Program-made: the position numbers and the translations under genes | Origin: a virus | Lineage: Duplodnaviria; Heunggongvirae; Uroviricota; Caudoviricetes | IMG/VR virus record: IMGVR_UViG_3300029288_000136 | Strand: one strand, 5' to 3' | DNA length: 64,000 nt | Part shown: piece by piece, positions 1 to 9,962 of the stretch | Layout: every line of letters begins with the position of its first letter | Position numbering within the stretch: the first letter of the stretch is position 1 | Notes under the pieces: generated by a model | Database searches by the model: none | What the model saw: only the letters and a program-made list of their open reading frames with translations | Told to the model about the DNA's origin: nothing

Positions 1-2
1 AA

Positions 3-2744
3 TTAACCTGTGATCTTGACGTTGAACTGATATTCAGTGAATGGTGTTATCAGGAATCAGCTACAGTATTCAATCAAAGTGGAATGGATGGAAGTTGTGG
101 TCTTAGATACAATGGATCATATTCTCTTCCAACACTGTATCACCCGATCAATATCGTAGATGGTAATGATTCGACAAGCGCTACTGGAAGCTATCTATAT
201 GTCAATTACACCAAACCAGATAATTCTGTTAATACAAGTTTATGGAGAGTTAAAGCAGTGTTTGAGGAATCAGCTGAGATAAGGAATCTATCAATACCTT
301 ATCCCTGTTGGAATTACTCTGAAGTTACATTAAATCTAAGAGCTTATGCGTGTGGATTCGATTGGTATTCATGTTCTTCAGAGGATGATGATTCAGTAGG
401 GTTCTCCTGTTGGAATGGAAGCAGTTGGCAGAACATATACAATCATAGCAATGTTTCAGTCCAATATTCTATGTATGAGGAAGGGATGTGGTGGAATATA
501 AGCGAGGAAAAGTATTCTTTTTACTCATGGAATGGAAACAAGTGGATATATGATATGGAACCTTTGATAAGGGTTAATTGGAGCTGTCCAAGAGGGAAGA
601 ACTACTGCACTCCAAGATATCAGAATAGCAGTCAGGGAGTTATGATGATATATAATAAGAGAAACATGAGTGGAGCATATATGAGACTCAATCAAACATC
701 TGATTATATTACTGTATTCTGCGGAAACAACGCATCATATACTTCTGATTATGTTAGAACCATTAATACTGATTGGAAGAAGGTATGCGATCTTGACATA
801 TATGAGAATTGTACCTTGTGGTGTTGGGTTAACAACTCACTTAACTCTTCTTTGTATGGTTATTCTTCTTTTTTGTTTGATATGAACTTCTCTAATTTCC
901 CTACGATATACTTTGAAGAACCAACTGAAGACAATGGCACATATATCTCTGAGAACCATACCAAGATAGTGTTGTATTCTTCTTTTACTGATGAGGATGC
1001 TGCTTCTAATATTTCATTCAATTGGAATGATGAGATTAATATGAGTATATTTGATGATTCTCTTGTTCTAAGTTTGAACTTCGACAATAACTCATATATC
1101 GGGGAGAATTCTATTACTGCTAAAGACACATCAAAATATAATGCAACAATAACACATTCACTTCAATCTATAGAAGGTAAATTTGGAAAAGCATTAAACT
1201 ATACTGGAAGTTCGGGTACTGGAATAGCTGGTTCTCCTTATGACATATATGATACTCCACAATTCACTTTGGAAGCATGGATATACCAGTTAAACAGGAC
1301 TGGAACAGTTGCAAATAAAGGGATTGTTGCAGGTAGAAGTTTTCGATGGCCATACTGTATGTATATATCAAATACAGGATATATTGTTAGTGGATTAACT
1401 TGGTCAGATGATAATACAGAGTATACTACAGTCAGCAATAATATAATTCCTCTCAATACATGGACACATGTTGCATTATCTTATAATGGTAGCCACGTAA
1501 TTACCTGGATAAACGGAGTATTTGATAAATCTACTGCAAAAAACAAAGACTTGAAACTTGGAACAAATAACAATTTCAAGATAGGTTATTTGGATACTAC
1601 GAACTACTTTAACGGAACAATAGATGAAGTTAGATTATATAATAGAAGTCTTTCAAATGAAGAGATAAGATTACACTACTTAATTAACTTAAAGTATAAA
1701 CTGCCAAATGAATATGAGATAACCATGAATATAACAAACCTAACAGATGGAGAATACCACTACCAAGGATGGTCCCAGAATAGCGAGGGACATGGGGCTG
1801 AAACAGAAAGAAGAACACTATATGTCAATAAAGAAGCTCCAGTGTTGACCTTCCAAGACCCTACCCCCATAGATGAGGAATCTTTAACCAATAATTGGGT
1901 AGATATCAATGTAAGTATATCGGATGTTGCTAGGAATACTTTTGGAGTAACATGGGGATCAACCAACTGCTCAATAGACGATACCTATCTTAAATTAGCT
2001 TTAAACTTCAACAATAACTCAGAGATAGGAGACAACTCAACATATTCAGTGGATATATCAAGATATGAGAACAATGGAGTAATATCTAATGGAAGCTATG
2101 TTGAAGGAAAGTTTGGACTTGGATTAAACTTCAATACTTCATCAAGAATAACAATACAAGATATGAGTAACATATCCAAGAGCTATACAATAATGCATTG
2201 GCTTAAACCTAACCCAACATCATACAATTATCCTCCAATATTATACAAGAAATCAGGTAATAATGGATTCCTTGAATACTTTAGAAAGGCTACAAATGAG
2301 GTAAGACTAGTCATGTATAACTCATCTGGAACCAATTTTGAATGCCAACAAACAAGCGACTACTGGATCAACACATGGAAACAAGTAGTGTGGACATATT
2401 CCAATTATAGCGGAGAGACAAAGTTATACCTTGACGGAACACTATCAAAGACATGCACAAACCAAAAAGACATAATAACGAACAGTGCGGACCTATTGAT
2501 CGGATCAGATGGAACATACGGATACAATGGAACAATAGACGAGTTAAGGATATATAGTAGAGTGTTGTCAGCAGAGGAAATAGCAATACAATATAAATCA
2601 GAATACACAAGATATAATGACAGTACTTATAGATTCATAACTAATATGAGCGCTGGAACAGGAACACAGAAGTTCTCAGCGTGGGCCAAAGACAACATGA
2701 ACAACTATGGGACAACAGAGATTAGAACAGTATATATCAATTGA
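3..2744 (+). CDS. LamG/concanavalin-A-like lectin domain fibre or receptor-binding protein, 5' end outside window
   Basis: Reading frame is open from nt 3 to the first ATG at 84, so the gene is truncated by the window edge. There are two LamG-type motifs: NGTIDEVRLYNRSLSNEEI and NGTIDELRIYSRVLSAEEI. The protein is N/S/T/Y/W-rich with dozens of N-x-S/T sequons. Confidence 0.6.
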   Translation, partial: LTCDLDVELIFSEWCYQESATVFNQSGMDGSCGLRYNGSYSLPTLYHPINIVDGNDSTSATGSYLYVNYTKPDNSVNTSLWRVKAVFEESAEIRNLSIPYPCWNYSEVTLNLRAYACGFDWYSCSSEDDDSVGFSCWNGSSWQNIYNHSNVSVQYSMYEEGMWWNISEEKYSFYSWNGNKWIYDMEPLIRVNWSCPRGKNYCTPRYQNSSQGVMMIYNKRNMSGAYMRLNQTSDYITVFCGNNASYTSDYVRTINTDWKKVCDLDIYENCTLWCWVNNSLNSSLYGYSSFLFDMNFSNFPTIYFEEPTEDNGTYISENHTKIVLYSSFTDEDAASNISFNWNDEINMSIFDDSLVLSLNFDNNSYIGENSITAKDTSKYNATITHSLQSIEGKFGKALNYTGSSGTGIAGSPYDIYDTPQFTLEAWIYQLNRTGTVANKGIVAGRSFRWPYCMYISNTGYIVSGLTWSDDNTEYTTVSNNIIPLNTWTHVALSYNGSHVITWINGVFDKSTAKNKDLKLGTNNNFKIGYLDTTNYFNGTIDEVRLYNRSLSNEEIRLHYLINLKYKLPNEYEITMNITNLTDGEYHYQGWSQNSEGHGAETERRTLYVNKEAPVLTFQDPTPIDEESLTNNWVDINVSISDVARNTFGVTWGSTNCSIDDTYLKLALNFNNNSEIGDNSTYSVDISRYENNGVISNGSYVEGKFGLGLNFNTSSRITIQDMSNISKSYTIMHWLKPNPTSYNYPPILYKKSGNNGFLEYFRKATNEVRLVMYNSSGTNFECQQTSDYWINTWKQVVWTYSNYSGETKLYLDGTLSKTCTNQKDIITNSADLLIGSDGTYGYNGTIDELRIYSRVLSAEEIAIQYKSEYTRYNDSTYRFITNMSAGTGTQKFSAWAKDNMNNYGTTEIRTVYIN

Positions 2745-2763
2745 ATAAGAAGAGAGGAATAGA

Positions 2764-4476
2764 ATGGTAGATGTAAAAGAGATTGGAGGAAGCGTATGGA
2801 CCTCTATGGGGATACCTGATGAATTCTCAGTATACATAAATAAGAAGGATTATACTGCTCATACTGTGTCATGGAGTCTGACAAAGAAACTAAATGAGAT
2901 AACAACATTTAAGGCATCACTGCTTGGAATAGATGATGATGAGAAACTGGATGTGGCTAAAGGAGAAGACATCAACATACTATTCGATGACGGAATAATA
3001 ATGCAGGGATCAATAGAAAGAGTAACCTATACAACAGATTATAAGACAGAAGTAGAAGGATATGGGGATGAAGGGAAGATGCTTAAGAAGATAATCCCCG
3101 TATGCTGCGAACTATACACTGATTATAAGACTGCAATATATCATATATGTTCCGAGAATGGGGATGGGATTGAACCATTTTATCTTACCCCTGCACCAAA
3201 CATAGAAGACCTTGGAATAGTCATAGCTACAATAAAGTATAAGAGCAAACTTGAAGCAATATCCGACCTTTGCAAGGTAACGGGGAGAGAATGGTGGGTT
3301 GAGACCGATTATGACACATGGATCAGCTACTTATACATGGCATACTTCAAAGGAAGCGAAGACTCAGTTATAACATTCACCGCAGATGGAACCGCTCCAA
3401 ACTGCACTGTAATAAGCTACAAACAAGATATTGAGAACTTATGTAACTCAGTCTATTATACTGGAACAATAAATTCAGTTGAGACCACTGCAAGAATAAC
3501 TGACTCTTATAGGGTTACTGGTTTGAATTGGGGGGACAAATACACTGGTCTAACAGTTGACAGCAACTTATATGAGGCAATGGATGATTCACAGACTATT
3601 ATGAAGTGCAAGAAGAGCGCTAGAACAGCCAATGCAAGGTTTGAAGGTAGGTATGTAAGCATTGGAAGCGATGAAGTAGCCCTGGTGTCAAGCTTCATAG
3701 ACATGGGAGACTACTACCAATATGAGATTGTAAGGGATGTGTTACCTGGTTACCCGGCATCAACCCACCCCATAAGAACAGAGGTGTGTCTTGCTGCAGG
3801 AGGTCCAGGAGCGGATGCTTATGTCATTGTATCCGGGAGTGATGAGGACTTGGCTGCTTTACCTGCTGTCGGAGTGTTAAAGATAGGATCACAGGATTAT
3901 ATCATATCATCAACCACCACAACTGAAGAGGATGAGGAAGGAAATATGGTTGGATTGATAAAGATGGAGTCCAGAGGATACCTCGATGAATCCCTGTATA
4001 CTGAATTACCTTTCAGTCCTGAGATAACCGGTCTACCATACAAACACAGTGAAGGATCCCTCATATTCTATTGGTATGATATGGCGGTGGCGATATATAA
4101 CCCAACCCATCCATACAGTGGATCATCTGTAGCCCTTGATGGATTATCAGAGAAATGGTACTCAGATACTTCAATAGATACATTGGACGGATTGGATCAA
4201 GCAGCATATAGTAAGCTGAACACTGAGACAATGAAGACAATAACAATAGAAGTATGCGACCCATATGAGATATTCCCATTGATAAGGATCGGAGATGTAG
4301 TATCATTCAACGATTCAGAGACTACTTTAACAGGAGACTACAGGGTGTTAGGATATACTCTTGGAATGGATCAAGGACAAATATCTCTTAAATACACAAT
4401 TAGTCAAAACTATGTGACATGTATTGATGACCTTGCAAAGACAACAAAAGATGTCAAGAACCTAACACTACATTAA
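2764..4476 (+). CDS. structural protein of unknown function (tail/baseplate candidate)
   Basis: 570-aa ORF starting 19 nt after the fibre gene on the same strand. No motif recognised. Confidence 0.45.
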   Translation: MVDVKEIGGSVWTSMGIPDEFSVYINKKDYTAHTVSWSLTKKLNEITTFKASLLGIDDDEKLDVAKGEDINILFDDGIIMQGSIERVTYTTDYKTEVEGYGDEGKMLKKIIPVCCELYTDYKTAIYHICSENGDGIEPFYLTPAPNIEDLGIVIATIKYKSKLEAISDLCKVTGREWWVETDYDTWISYLYMAYFKGSEDSVITFTADGTAPNCTVISYKQDIENLCNSVYYTGTINSVETTARITDSYRVTGLNWGDKYTGLTVDSNLYEAMDDSQTIMKCKKSARTANARFEGRYVSIGSDEVALVSSFIDMGDYYQYEIVRDVLPGYPASTHPIRTEVCLAAGGPGADAYVIVSGSDEDLAALPAVGVLKIGSQDYIISSTTTTEEDEEGNMVGLIKMESRGYLDESLYTELPFSPEITGLPYKHSEGSLIFYWYDMAVAIYNPTHPYSGSSVALDGLSEKWYSDTSIDTLDGLDQAAYSKLNTETMKTITIEVCDPYEIFPLIRIGDVVSFNDSETTLTGDYRVLGYTLGMDQGQISLKYTISQNYVTCIDDLAKTTKDVKNLTLH

Positions 4477-4477
4477 C

Positions 4478-4585
4478 TTATTGCAGTAATATACAATAAT
4501 ACTTCAATAATACTGCAGTAATATATAATAACACCGCAGTATTATTCAATACTACTGCAGTATTATTCAATAAGTATAGTAGTAT
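4478..4585. repeat. four tandem 22-30 bp repeats with CTGCAG/GCAGTA cores
   Basis: TGCAGTAATATAyAATAA occurs twice, followed by GCAGTATTATTCAATA twice, in the AT-rich spacer upstream of the protease gene. Confidence 0.6.
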
Positions 4586-4646
4586 ATATAGATGTTTGAC
4601 TATTAAATAATAAATAAAATAATCAAATAAGATCAACACAAACAAA

Positions 4647-5957
4647 ATGACAATAATGAAGAATGGAACAATAGTAGAAGATAGAAAACTAACACAAAAA
4701 GAAAGATTCGACCTACAACTACTTGAAAGCATAAGATCAATAAGTCCAAACTGCATAGGAATAGCCAAAGGAACAAAGATAACAGAAGGAAAAGACACTG
4801 GGATGCCAGCATACAAGCTATTCGTAAAGAAGAAACTACCAATAGAAAAGATACCAACAGGAGAAATGCTTCCAAAAGTGCTTGGAACACAAGATGAAAG
4901 ACTACCAACAGACGTACAAGAACTAGGAGAGATCTATATAACATCAATGCTCAAAACCAAAAGAAGCAATAAACAGAAGATAAAGAACATAATACAAAGA
5001 ATACAAGGAATAAGCAGGACAGACAAGGCAAGACCCTTCAAGATGGGAACCAGCGGAGGATGCTGGGACACCACCGCGTTAACCAATGGGATGACCTTCA
5101 AACACATAGAATCAGGGAAGAAGGTCATATTCACCAACGGACACGGATCAGGATGCGACCTAAGAGACGAGATGCCCCTATCAACAGAGAAAAGATACCT
5201 ACAACCAGGACCAGTAGACGGAGGACAACAAGAAGGAAACGTAGTAGGGGAGAGACTAAACCTGGTAAGATACAAGGACGGGAAAGGATGGAATGACGGG
5301 ATGACGGTCATGGTATCCTCGGAAGACTACCTGGATGAGGAGTTGTATGAATTAGGCAGGGTAGTTGGAGTTGATACGCTGGTGGTCGGGGATAAGGTAT
5401 TCAAGTCAGGTAGGACGACAGGAAAGACCGAAGGAAACTGCACATCTCTCAACGCAACAATATCAGTAAACTATGGAAACTACTCCATAACACACCTTGG
5501 ATGCATACTATTCACAGGGATGAGCGCAGGAGGAGACAGCGGATCAGTGATAGTAAAGATCAGGGAAGGTAAGATATATGTGGTAGCCTACCTATTCGCA
5601 GGGAATGAATCAGTGACAGTAGCCCATGAAATACAGAACATGATGAGCATATTCGGATTAGCCCTAACACAGACAGAAGAACCAAACGATCCAATGGAGA
5701 ATACTTACACAATGAATGTGGAAATGGAAAAAGAAACAAATGAGACACCACAAACATGGACAGTAAAAGGAGTCATAACAGATAAGACAACAAAACAACC
5801 AATAAACGGTGTCAATGTAAAGATAGGAGAGATAAACTGCAACACAGGATTGGATGGATCATATGCGGTTAAAGGACTCATAAAAGGGACATATAATACG
5901 CTGTTCTCAATGAGCGGATACAAGCAGATAAACGGATCAATAGTTCTTGGAGGATAA
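4647..5957 (+). CDS. trypsin-like serine protease with C-terminal carboxypeptidase-regulatory-like beta-sandwich domain
   Basis: Has a GDSGS catalytic-serine motif (SAGGDSGSVIV) and a candidate catalytic His (TNGHGSGCD). The C-terminus TWTVKGVITDKTTKQPINGVNVKIGE... resembles a CarbopepD_reg domain. Confidence 0.5.
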   Translation: MTIMKNGTIVEDRKLTQKERFDLQLLESIRSISPNCIGIAKGTKITEGKDTGMPAYKLFVKKKLPIEKIPTGEMLPKVLGTQDERLPTDVQELGEIYITSMLKTKRSNKQKIKNIIQRIQGISRTDKARPFKMGTSGGCWDTTALTNGMTFKHIESGKKVIFTNGHGSGCDLRDEMPLSTEKRYLQPGPVDGGQQEGNVVGERLNLVRYKDGKGWNDGMTVMVSSEDYLDEELYELGRVVGVDTLVVGDKVFKSGRTTGKTEGNCTSLNATISVNYGNYSITHLGCILFTGMSAGGDSGSVIVKIREGKIYVVAYLFAGNESVTVAHEIQNMMSIFGLALTQTEEPNDPMENTYTMNVEMEKETNETPQTWTVKGVITDKTTKQPINGVNVKIGEINCNTGLDGSYAVKGLIKGTYNTLFSMSGYKQINGSIVLGG

Positions 5958-5968
5958 ATACAGAGTAA

Positions 5969-6583
5969 ATGGACAAAGAAGACATAGGAGAAGAACCGGA
6001 AGAGCAAGCACCAGAGATCCAACAAGAAGAATATAATGTGAGGAAACCAGGGAGAAAGAAAGGATCAACCAATAAAGGAGTAAGGAAAGTATTATGGGAC
6101 AATCTTCCAATGAATATACAACTGGAGATATGGAAGATGAAAACAGACGGGGCAAGCATAGCAAAGATCTGTAAATACGTCCACGACCAATACCCAAAGT
6201 ATACTGCAAGCGAGAAATCAGCAACTAAATTCTTCAACTACCGGAAAGAGATACTATCAACAGAAGTAGTAAACTCCAAGACCTACCAAGACTCAATAGT
6301 TGAAACCTTCTCAGAGATGTGCAAAGACATGAACGTAGTGAGTAAACTGCTCGTGGAAAGAGCGAAAGAAGAAGCGATAGGGGGTAAAACAGAGGATCTA
6401 ACTGATGCTGCAGGAGAATTTCTGAACTTCTTCAAAGCACACGGAGACCTCTTAGAGAAGACTGGAAGACCAGATAGCAATCTGAAACCAGTGAATACAG
6501 TACAAGAATTGAAGGACACAGTGAGTGGAATAAAGATAAAGAAGATAAACCAGGAAGTAAAAGAAGAAGAGCCGAGCATTTGA
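5969..6583 (+). CDS. charged protein with HTH-like segment (regulator or small-terminase-like, uncertain)
   Basis: 204 aa. The segment KGVRKVLWDNLPMNIQLEIWKMKTDGASIAKICKYV is HTH-like, and the termini are acidic. Confidence 0.3.
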   Translation: MDKEDIGEEPEEQAPEIQQEEYNVRKPGRKKGSTNKGVRKVLWDNLPMNIQLEIWKMKTDGASIAKICKYVHDQYPKYTASEKSATKFFNYRKEILSTEVVNSKTYQDSIVETFSEMCKDMNVVSKLLVERAKEEAIGGKTEDLTDAAGEFLNFFKAHGDLLEKTGRPDSNLKPVNTVQELKDTVSGIKIKKINQEVKEEEPSI

Positions 6584-6649
6584 TCATTTAATCAATCAAG
6601 CCAATGCAAACAAAGTAAGTAGAACTCTTACTACTTATTAATATCCTAA

Positions 6650-6922
6650 TCACTTCAATTGACCAACATTACCAGAAGGACTTTTACCAACTTCCTTACA
6701 TATCTGTCTTGGAGTCTTATGCAATGATTCCTCAAAGTCCAACGTATCTCCTAAACACTTGAATCTATAATTCATCATGCGTTTACAGTAGACACATCTT
6801 ATTGGAGAATCACTTAGAGGAATACTATATGAGTCTCCGCATTTTGGACACACTGCTTCCTTCAAATAATATTTTCCTCCTCTTATCCCTATCATATCAC
6901 TTACTTTCCTCATATGAATCAC
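6650..6922 (-). CDS. zinc-ribbon protein
   Basis: Carries CPKC...CVYC pairs. First gene of the minus-strand block. Confidence 0.4.
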   Translation of the reverse strand: MIHMRKVSDMIGIRGGKYYLKEAVCPKCGDSYSIPLSDSPIRCVYCKRMMNYRFKCLGDTLDFEESLHKTPRQICKEVGKSPSGNVGQLK

Positions 6923-7191
6923 TTCCTAGAGGTGAATCCTTCCTCCTCGGTATACTTAAGATCCTTATAGGTGTTTTGTTTGATTGGTGGTTCCTTAGTC
7001 ATATTATATCCTGTAATACAGAAAAACCAACCTAAAGCTACAAATACTATGACATGTAATATATAATCTCTTGGAACGTATGAGACAAGTGTTGCAGCCC
7101 CAATCATAGTAGACACTAAGAATGTTATTAGAACAGTAGTGAGGAATACTGAGATTACTCCATTTATTATTGCTTTATAAAATCGCTTCAT
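6919..7191 (-). CDS. small membrane protein
   Basis: Two hydrophobic helices. 4-nt overlaps with both neighbours. Confidence 0.4.
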   Translation of the reverse strand: MKRFYKAIINGVISVFLTTVLITFLVSTMIGAATLVSYVPRDYILHVIVFVALGWFFCITGYNMTKEPPIKQNTYKDLKYTEEEGFTSRK

Positions 7192-7445
7192 TTTGACAAC
7201 TCCATTACCTCATTAGTTTCTTTGTTTATGATGTCCTCATCATCTAATAACAAGATTAAGGATATTCTTGTTGGATTTTTCCATAACTCCCTTAACCAAT
7301 CCCTTTGTTTTAGAGCTGCTTCAAGAGTTGGAAACCAGGATGAATTCAATCTGCCATCAAGAGATATCCATTGAACTCCAAAGTTAAGATTTCCTCTCTC
7401 CTCTTTTATTTTTAATGTATGTTCGGTTACTGTTTTTGAATTCAC
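7188..7445 (-). CDS. AP2-like DNA-binding domain protein, paralogue 1
   Basis: GNLNFGVQWISLDGRLNSSWFPTLEAALKQRDWLRELW resembles the AP2/HNH-associated domain. It is a clear paralogue of 8009..8224. Confidence 0.35.
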   Translation of the reverse strand: MNSKTVTEHTLKIKEERGNLNFGVQWISLDGRLNSSWFPTLEAALKQRDWLRELWKNPTRISLILLLDDEDIINKETNEVMELSK

Positions 7446-7714
7446 TGTAATACCTTCAGGAATAATTTGTAAAATTCTTCAGGAGATGGAGCTAAAGTGA
7501 TATATTCAACAAATCCATCAACCAATAAGGTAGGGATAGTTGCCACATTCTTCATCAATGCCTCAGTATAGTCTTCAGATGTTACGATCATCTTCAACTC
7601 ATAATCCTTCCCCTCAACCGCTCCAGTTCTTTTAGCCGATTCCAACAACTCTTTCTCGAATATCTTGCAATTGGGGCAGTTCTCAGATTTATATAATACT
7701 ATTCTTGGGTTCAT
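7442..7714 (-). CDS. thioredoxin/glutaredoxin-fold redox protein
   Basis: CPNC active-site motif near the N-terminus and a downstream IPTLLVDG motif. Confidence 0.5.
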   Translation of the reverse strand: MNPRIVLYKSENCPNCKIFEKELLESAKRTGAVEGKDYELKMIVTSEDYTEALMKNVATIPTLLVDGFVEYITLAPSPEEFYKLFLKVLQ

Positions 7715-8012
7715 TTTCTTTTACAATAAGTGAATCATCTATTGTTATATCCGAGGCAATAATTGAATTATTCCCAATCCTTTCAACTGATACTCCCGAG
7801 ATATCAACTGGTAGATTCAATTTAAGGTCTTTTACAGTTGTTAAATTTACTGTAGCTGAGATCAGTGGTCTCTTGAACATGGAATCATCTATGTTGAATT
7901 CCAGAGCAATAGCAATCTCATCTCTTTTCAAATTGCTTGGAATGCTCTTTCCAGTTGTCAATATACGTGCATGTCCCTTACTATCAAGGATCATATACTT
8001 CTTAATTTTCAT
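7689..8012 (-). CDS. hypothetical protein
   Basis: 107-aa ORF in the operon chain. No motif recognised. Confidence 0.35.
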   Translation of the reverse strand: MKIKKYMILDSKGHARILTTGKSIPSNLKRDEIAIALEFNIDDSMFKRPLISATVNLTTVKDLKLNLPVDISGVSVERIGNNSIIASDITIDDSLIVKENEPKNSII

Positions 8013-8224
8013 TTTATCTTAGTTAAGTTAACGTCATCTATTGAGACAAGTAATGAGATCCTATTTGATGAGTTCCATAACTTCCTCAACCAATCTCTCT
8101 GCCTAATAGCATCATCCAATGTAGGATACCAATTAGAATTTAAACGCCCATCTAATGATATCCATTGAACACAGAAAGGTAGATTGCCTTTACCTTCTTC
8201 CACATTAAGTTCATATTTAGCCAT
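8009..8224 (-). CDS. AP2-like DNA-binding domain protein, paralogue 2
   Basis: GNLPFCVQWISLDGRLNSNWYPTLDDAIRQRDWLRKLW, about 70% identical to 7188..7445. Confidence 0.35.
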   Translation of the reverse strand: MAKYELNVEEGKGNLPFCVQWISLDGRLNSNWYPTLDDAIRQRDWLRKLWNSSNRISLLVSIDDVNLTKIK

Positions 8225-8226
8225 TT

Positions 8227-8493
8227 TTATCTATACATCTGTTCAAACATTTCTTCATCAAGAAAACATTTTCCTTCAAGGAATATCTCTAAATTATCTC
8301 TTAATTGCTTAACTGCATCTAGTCTATCAATAGGTTTACCACAGCAATTACACACCACTTCATTCATACTGCATTCATCACATATTGTTTGTCTGATGTG
8401 TCCTTTTGATTTACTATTACACATACTGCAAACAAATTCATGTGATGTACTGAATCTTGCACCAACACATCCGCATTCTAGTGTAAATTCCAT
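8227..8493 (-). CDS. Cys-rich zinc-binding protein
   Basis: CGC...CSMC...CDEC...CNCCG. Confidence 0.35.
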   Translation of the reverse strand: MEFTLECGCVGARFSTSHEFVCSMCNSKSKGHIRQTICDECSMNEVVCNCCGKPIDRLDAVKQLRDNLEIFLEGKCFLDEEMFEQMYR

Positions 8494-8513
8494 CTTGTGT
8501 TTTTAATTGATTA

Positions 8514-8723
8514 TTATTTCCATTTATGTAAACCACACAATAGTTCAGTAAAGGAGCCTTCTTTGAATATCCACATAACTGCCTTAACACTGAATAATTC
8601 ACCATCAATCATAATTGAATCACCAATTCTTGGAATATCGTTCAATGAATGTTCCTCTGGTTCTCTAAGTCCTTCTGGATAGAATGCAAACGTAACTTTC
8701 ATCTTATAATTCAACATGATCAT
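8514..8723 (-). CDS. hypothetical protein
   Basis: 69-aa ORF in the chain. Confidence 0.3.
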   Translation of the reverse strand: MIMLNYKMKVTFAFYPEGLREPEEHSLNDIPRIGDSIMIDGELFSVKAVMWIFKEGSFTELLCGLHKWK

Positions 8724-8874
8724 CTATTTGGTCGGGTATGTTGTCCTCAACTGAGTCCTCATGTATGTAGCTTCTTAGATTGGCTCGTTGTTGTAGGATA
8801 GCATGGCACATAGGACATTCGCCATTTGGTGGAATGGTCCTATTGTGTATGTAACACATGTTCTTATATGCCAT
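8704..8874 (-). CDS. zinc-ribbon protein (start moved to internal Met)
   Basis: Contains CY..CPMCH. An internal ATG at 8872-8874 avoids overlap with the upstream mini-gene. Confidence 0.3.
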   Translation of the reverse strand: MAYKNMCYIHNRTIPPNGECPMCHAILQQRANLRSYIHEDSVEDNIPDQIDDHVEL

Positions 8875-8892
8875 GCTTTCTCCTCTTATATC

Positions 8893-9033
8893 TTTCCTTC
8901 TTTCTTGGCAGTGCACAATGGACAAAGCTGCTCTACTTCATATCTGCTCTTCTTCCCTTTGTTCTTAAAGGTCATCTCCTCTCCACACTCCTTACAGAGT
9001 GCTTTCCTTGGTTGAGTCACTGGCATTTTAATG
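8893..9033 (-). CDS. 46-aa zinc-ribbon mini-protein
   Basis: Translation MPVTQPRKALCKECGEEMTFKNKGKKSRYEVEQLCPLCTAKKEGKI. Too short for the ORF track. Confidence 0.3.
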
Positions 9034-9220
9034 GTTTAATATTTTTAATGATTTAATATTAACCCAGGAATGCCTTCCTTCATTGATACAAGGCTTCTTA
9101 GTCCTGGACCTATAATACTTCTTTGCTCCGCACTTAGTACAAATAAGTACAATATTATTATTTGACATTTGTGTTACAGATTTAATTAGGAATGATAGTA
9201 TATATACTGTTGGTTTGTTA

Positions 9221-9457
9221 TTAGTATATTCCTTTCGCTCTTCTTCGATCTCTCTCTATTCTATGGACAACTGCAAATTTAGCATTTAACTTCTCAAGCT
9301 CTCTTTCCAGCCTTAATTTGTATGTTATAAGCCCAAGGTCGGAGCAGTGTTCAAGTATCATATTGTATTCACGAGTTAACCTGGATATATCTTCCCCTGG
9401 TACAGTATGAGATCCTTCGCATCCATACTCATCTATATAATCATTTGTGTCTTTCAT
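9221..9457 (-). CDS. hypothetical protein
   Basis: 78-aa ORF. Confidence 0.3.
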   Translation of the reverse strand: MKDTNDYIDEYGCEGSHTVPGEDISRLTREYNMILEHCSDLGLITYKLRLERELEKLNAKFAVVHRIERDRRRAKGIY

Positions 9458-9467
9458 TTTAAATCAA

Positions 9468-9956
9468 TTAGTATATTCCAAAGAACCCTTCCATGTTCCA
9501 ATCCGTACCAATCCTTGGAATCTCATAAGAAACACTTTTGATGACCTCCCAGGAGACTTCCGGCTTGCAGGAGGAAGCATACATAGATAGGAAGTCGCTT
9601 ATTTTAGTGGCATAGGCTTTGAAATGGTGAGGCACTCTCCGGTCATTGAATATGAAGTAGGATTTCACCCCTGCCTTAGATGATTCAGTAAGGGCTGCTA
9701 TCTGGTGTGGTTTGATGTTGGCCCAAGGGAAGTTGTCTTTCTTGCATGACTTCAACTCAAGGAAATAGATATCTCCCCTGAATACGACCAGGTAATCACA
9801 TGGCTGCTCAATGCAACAAAGCTTCTCAGACGCTCTTCTAAATGATTTAGTATCATATAAGCGGTGTTTATAGAATCCTTTTACCTTGGATGATAGCCTG
9901 ATCAATTCTTGATTCACTTCTCGCTCAAACTCATAACCATGATTGTTATTGACCAC
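9468..9956 (-). CDS. PD-(D/E)XK nuclease, Holliday-junction-resolvase (Hjc)-like
   Basis: CDYLVVFRGDIYFLELKSCKKD fits a D...E-x-K core. Sits immediately downstream of the Cas4-like nuclease. Confidence 0.45.
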   Translation of the reverse strand: MVNNNHGYEFEREVNQELIRLSSKVKGFYKHRLYDTKSFRRASEKLCCIEQPCDYLVVFRGDIYFLELKSCKKDNFPWANIKPHQIAALTESSKAGVKSYFIFNDRRVPHHFKAYATKISDFLSMYASSCKPEVSWEVIKSVSYEIPRIGTDWNMEGFFGIY

Positions 9957-9962
9957 TTTGAA

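Noticed and set aside
1-2744. Diversity-generating retroelement targeting the lectin-fold fibre.
   Set aside because: No reverse-transcriptase ORF and no template or variable repeat pair were found near the fibre gene or elsewhere in the window.
4478-6237. Minus-strand ORFs 4478..4816, 4633..4947, 4934..5311, 5705..6025, 5878..6237 and plus ORF 5060..5296.
   Set aside because: They overlap the protease and HTH genes on the opposite strand or in another frame, with L/F-rich or R-rich low-complexity translations.
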